NCBI GenBank assembly: GCA_044229975.1 | Contig: JBGARZ010000011.1 | Location: forward strand, 128,001-192,000 | Reading direction: 5' to 3' | DNA: 64,000 bases | Source of the DNA: Polyangiales bacterium | GTDB lineage: Bacteria > Myxococcota_A > Polyangia > Polyangiales > Ga0077539 | Shown: in pieces, positions 62,162 through 64,000 of the stretch | Numbering within the stretch: the first letter of the stretch is position 1 | Layout: each line of letters opens with the position of its first letter | Notes under the pieces: model-generated | What the model was told of the DNA's origin: nothing | Databases searched by the model: none | Seen by the model: the letters and a program-made list of their open reading frames with translations, nothing else | Position numbers and translations under genes: made by a program

Positions 62162-63556
62162 ATGCCCCCTCGTTGGACCGCGCTGGCGCTCGCCCTGGCC
62201 CTCTGCTCCAGCGCGGCGCAGGCGCAGTCCCCGCGCTGGCCCGAGCGGGCGTACGGGCAGGCGATTCCGATGGACGGGGTACGACCCACGGGCGAAGCGG
62301 GTGTGCTGCGCTCGTGGCGGGCGCCCGTCGACGTGCACGTGATGCCGGGCGTCGACGCGGCGACGGCGCAGGCGGTGCTCGCGGACGCCGAGGCGGTGAT
62401 GGACGGGTTGGAGCGCGTAGGGGTCGCGCTGCCGCTGCCTGACGGCAACCGCGGGGGGACGCCGTCGTTCGACCTGTACCTCGACCCGTACATGATCGCC
62501 TCGGGTCACGGTCCGATCGAAGTAGCCGAGACGTCCGGGGAGCTGCGGACGGAGGTCGACGCGTTGTCCTACGGCGGGATGTGGGACCGGGCGACTGCGT
62601 TCGCGGTGATACCCGTCGCGGCTGACCGGGCGGTGCAGCGCCGCGCGGTGGCGCAGGCGATCGCGGAGGCGTGCGTCTACGGCGCGAAGGCTGACCACCC
62701 CATCGGGTTCGTGCGGGCGATGGGCGCGAGCCTCGCGCGGCGGGCGACGGGTCTGCCGCTCGACCCCGACGACGTGCGCGAGTTCCAGCGTGAGCCGACG
62801 CGTGCGTGGTGGTCGGACGACACGCGCTCGCCCTCGGCGCAGCGTGGCGCGGCGGTGGTGCTCGACGCGATGGCGGCGCGCTGGGACAACGATCGCGCGA
62901 GCTTCCTGCGCGGCTTGATGGAGGCGCCCGTACAGCGCACGCCCCCCGGCTGGGCCCGCCTCTGGAACGAACCCGACGTGATGGAGGTCCTCCGCCGGGT
63001 GACGCGCGACGAGCCGCGTGGCTTCTGGGGGGGATTGCTGACGGCCGCGAGCGCCCGCTCCCTGGTGGGCACGCCCGGTGACGTCGGTGACGTCGGTGGT
63101 GGCGGGCTCGATGCGTCGCTGGCTGCGCTCCCGGCGCGGGTGGTGCGCTGGGGCGAGCTGCCGGCGTGGACGCTGGTGACGGGCATCGCGCCCACGGGGA
63201 GCGCGTCGATGGAGGTGACGCTCGGTGATGCGCCGGTGCAGACGGCCGTCGCGGTGTGGGTGCACGCGTCGCCGTACCACCGGTGGATGGCCTCGGTGCT
63301 GCGCGTCGCCAACGACGGCCACGTCATCGGGAGCATCGACTCGGAGCTCATCACCGACGGCGAGTGGTCGGCGCGGGTGGATGCGTTGGAGGATGTTCGG
63401 CGGCTGGTGGTGGTGGTGGTGAGCGCGGGCGACGGGGAGCTCGACCCCGATGGAGCGCCCGTGCGCGACGGCTGGGTGGCGATGAACGTCGGGGTGTCGT
63501 CAGCCGGCGGAGCCGGTGGTCAGCCGACGCGCGAGGGCCACCAGGCGGTCCACTGA
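62162..63556 (+). CDS. Secreted protein resembling myxobacterial metalloprotease N-terminus, without HExxH
   Basis: Signal peptide (AQA); P.PDG.RGG...FDLYL; no Zn motif. Confidence 0.55.
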   Translation: MPPRWTALALALALCSSAAQAQSPRWPERAYGQAIPMDGVRPTGEAGVLRSWRAPVDVHVMPGVDAATAQAVLADAEAVMDGLERVGVALPLPDGNRGGTPSFDLYLDPYMIASGHGPIEVAETSGELRTEVDALSYGGMWDRATAFAVIPVAADRAVQRRAVAQAIAEACVYGAKADHPIGFVRAMGASLARRATGLPLDPDDVREFQREPTRAWWSDDTRSPSAQRGAAVVLDAMAARWDNDRASFLRGLMEAPVQRTPPGWARLWNEPDVMEVLRRVTRDEPRGFWGGLLTAASARSLVGTPGDVGDVGGGGLDASLAALPARVVRWGELPAWTLVTGIAPTGSASMEVTLGDAPVQTAVAVWVHASPYHRWMASVLRVANDGHVIGSIDSELITDGEWSARVDALEDVRRLVVVVVSAGDGELDPDGAPVRDGWVAMNVGVSSAGGAGGQPTREGHQAVH

Positions 63557-64000
63557 GGGGTCGGGGGACGTGCCGCAGGGGGTGTTCCAGGTGACGGCGC
63601 GGGCGCCGACGGTGACGCGCTCGGCGTGCGTCGGTAGCGCCATGCAGTTGACCATCGGCGGAGGCGCGTTGCGCACGCGGGTGCGGGCGATGGCGCTGCG
63701 GAGCGACGTCATCTGCGCCGGGCGGAGGCGCCCCGGGCGCCCACCAGCGACCCAGGTGCCGTTGTTGAAGATGACGAGCTCGCGGGACCATCGCTGGATC
63801 TGGCGACGCCCGATGCCGATGGGGCCACGCGAGAGCTCGAAGAGCACCGGGCCCGTCGGGACGGGTGTCTCCTGGGGCATCTGCTGCTCGAAGGGACCGA
63901 CGTGCGGCGGAGCGCCGTAGCCCGCGGCGGGGGCGTGCTCCATCCCGATGCGGGGGTGGTCGGCCGGGTTGATCTGCGCCTCGGCCCGTTGGGTCGCCGC
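63500..64000 (-). CDS. Hypothetical protein, 5'-partial (probably secreted)
   Basis: Frame open to the window edge; C.A.P....V......W..PCG motif. Confidence 0.55.
   Translation of the reverse strand, partial: AATQRAEAQINPADHPRIGMEHAPAAGYGAPPHVGPFEQQMPQETPVPTGPVLFELSRGPIGIGRRQIQRWSRELVIFNNGTWVAGGRPGRLRPAQMTSLRSAIARTRVRNAPPPMVNCMALPTHAERVTVGARAVTWNTPCGTSPDPSVDRLVALARRLTTGSAG

Overview
High-GC bacterial DNA. The gene content (Ser/Thr kinases, Cys-rich surface lipoproteins, PEGA, FGE-sulfatase, GYF, VWA and Uma2 proteins) points to Myxococcota, probably Polyangiales (inference). About 50 CDS. Housekeeping genes include guaA, mutY, bdhA, an rlmM-like methyltransferase, a dppC-like permease, a FadL-like porin, NFACT and TRAP TatT/DctP. 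No rRNA, tRNA, CRISPR array, integrase or transposase was recognised. Main observations: (1) Predicted exported proteins are almost lysine-free, about 11 K in about 6,770 aa across 12 proteins by manual count, with 0 K in proteins of 985 and 1316 aa. The same window encodes a lipoprotein lysyl oxidase with an intact Cu/LTQ site, which suggests an amine-oxidase weapon or matrix system with compositional self-protection (hypothesis). (2) A 1.8-kb integrase-less islet is bounded by a 30-bp duplication of the permease 3' end and carries a PD-(D/E)xK-like gene plus a helical-repeat gene. (3) A defence-like island holds two unrelated ABC-ATPase+HNH (Septu-like) pairs and a BrxE remnant. (4) An orphan gene sits between long inverted mosaic REP-like arms, and there is a separate 51-bp-stem REPIN-like hairpin. 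(5) An AraC-VOC locus is broken by a frameshift and a deletion. (6) PhaR-like boxes lie upstream of a hydrolase-bdhA operon. All family calls come from motif recognition by eye; no database search was run.
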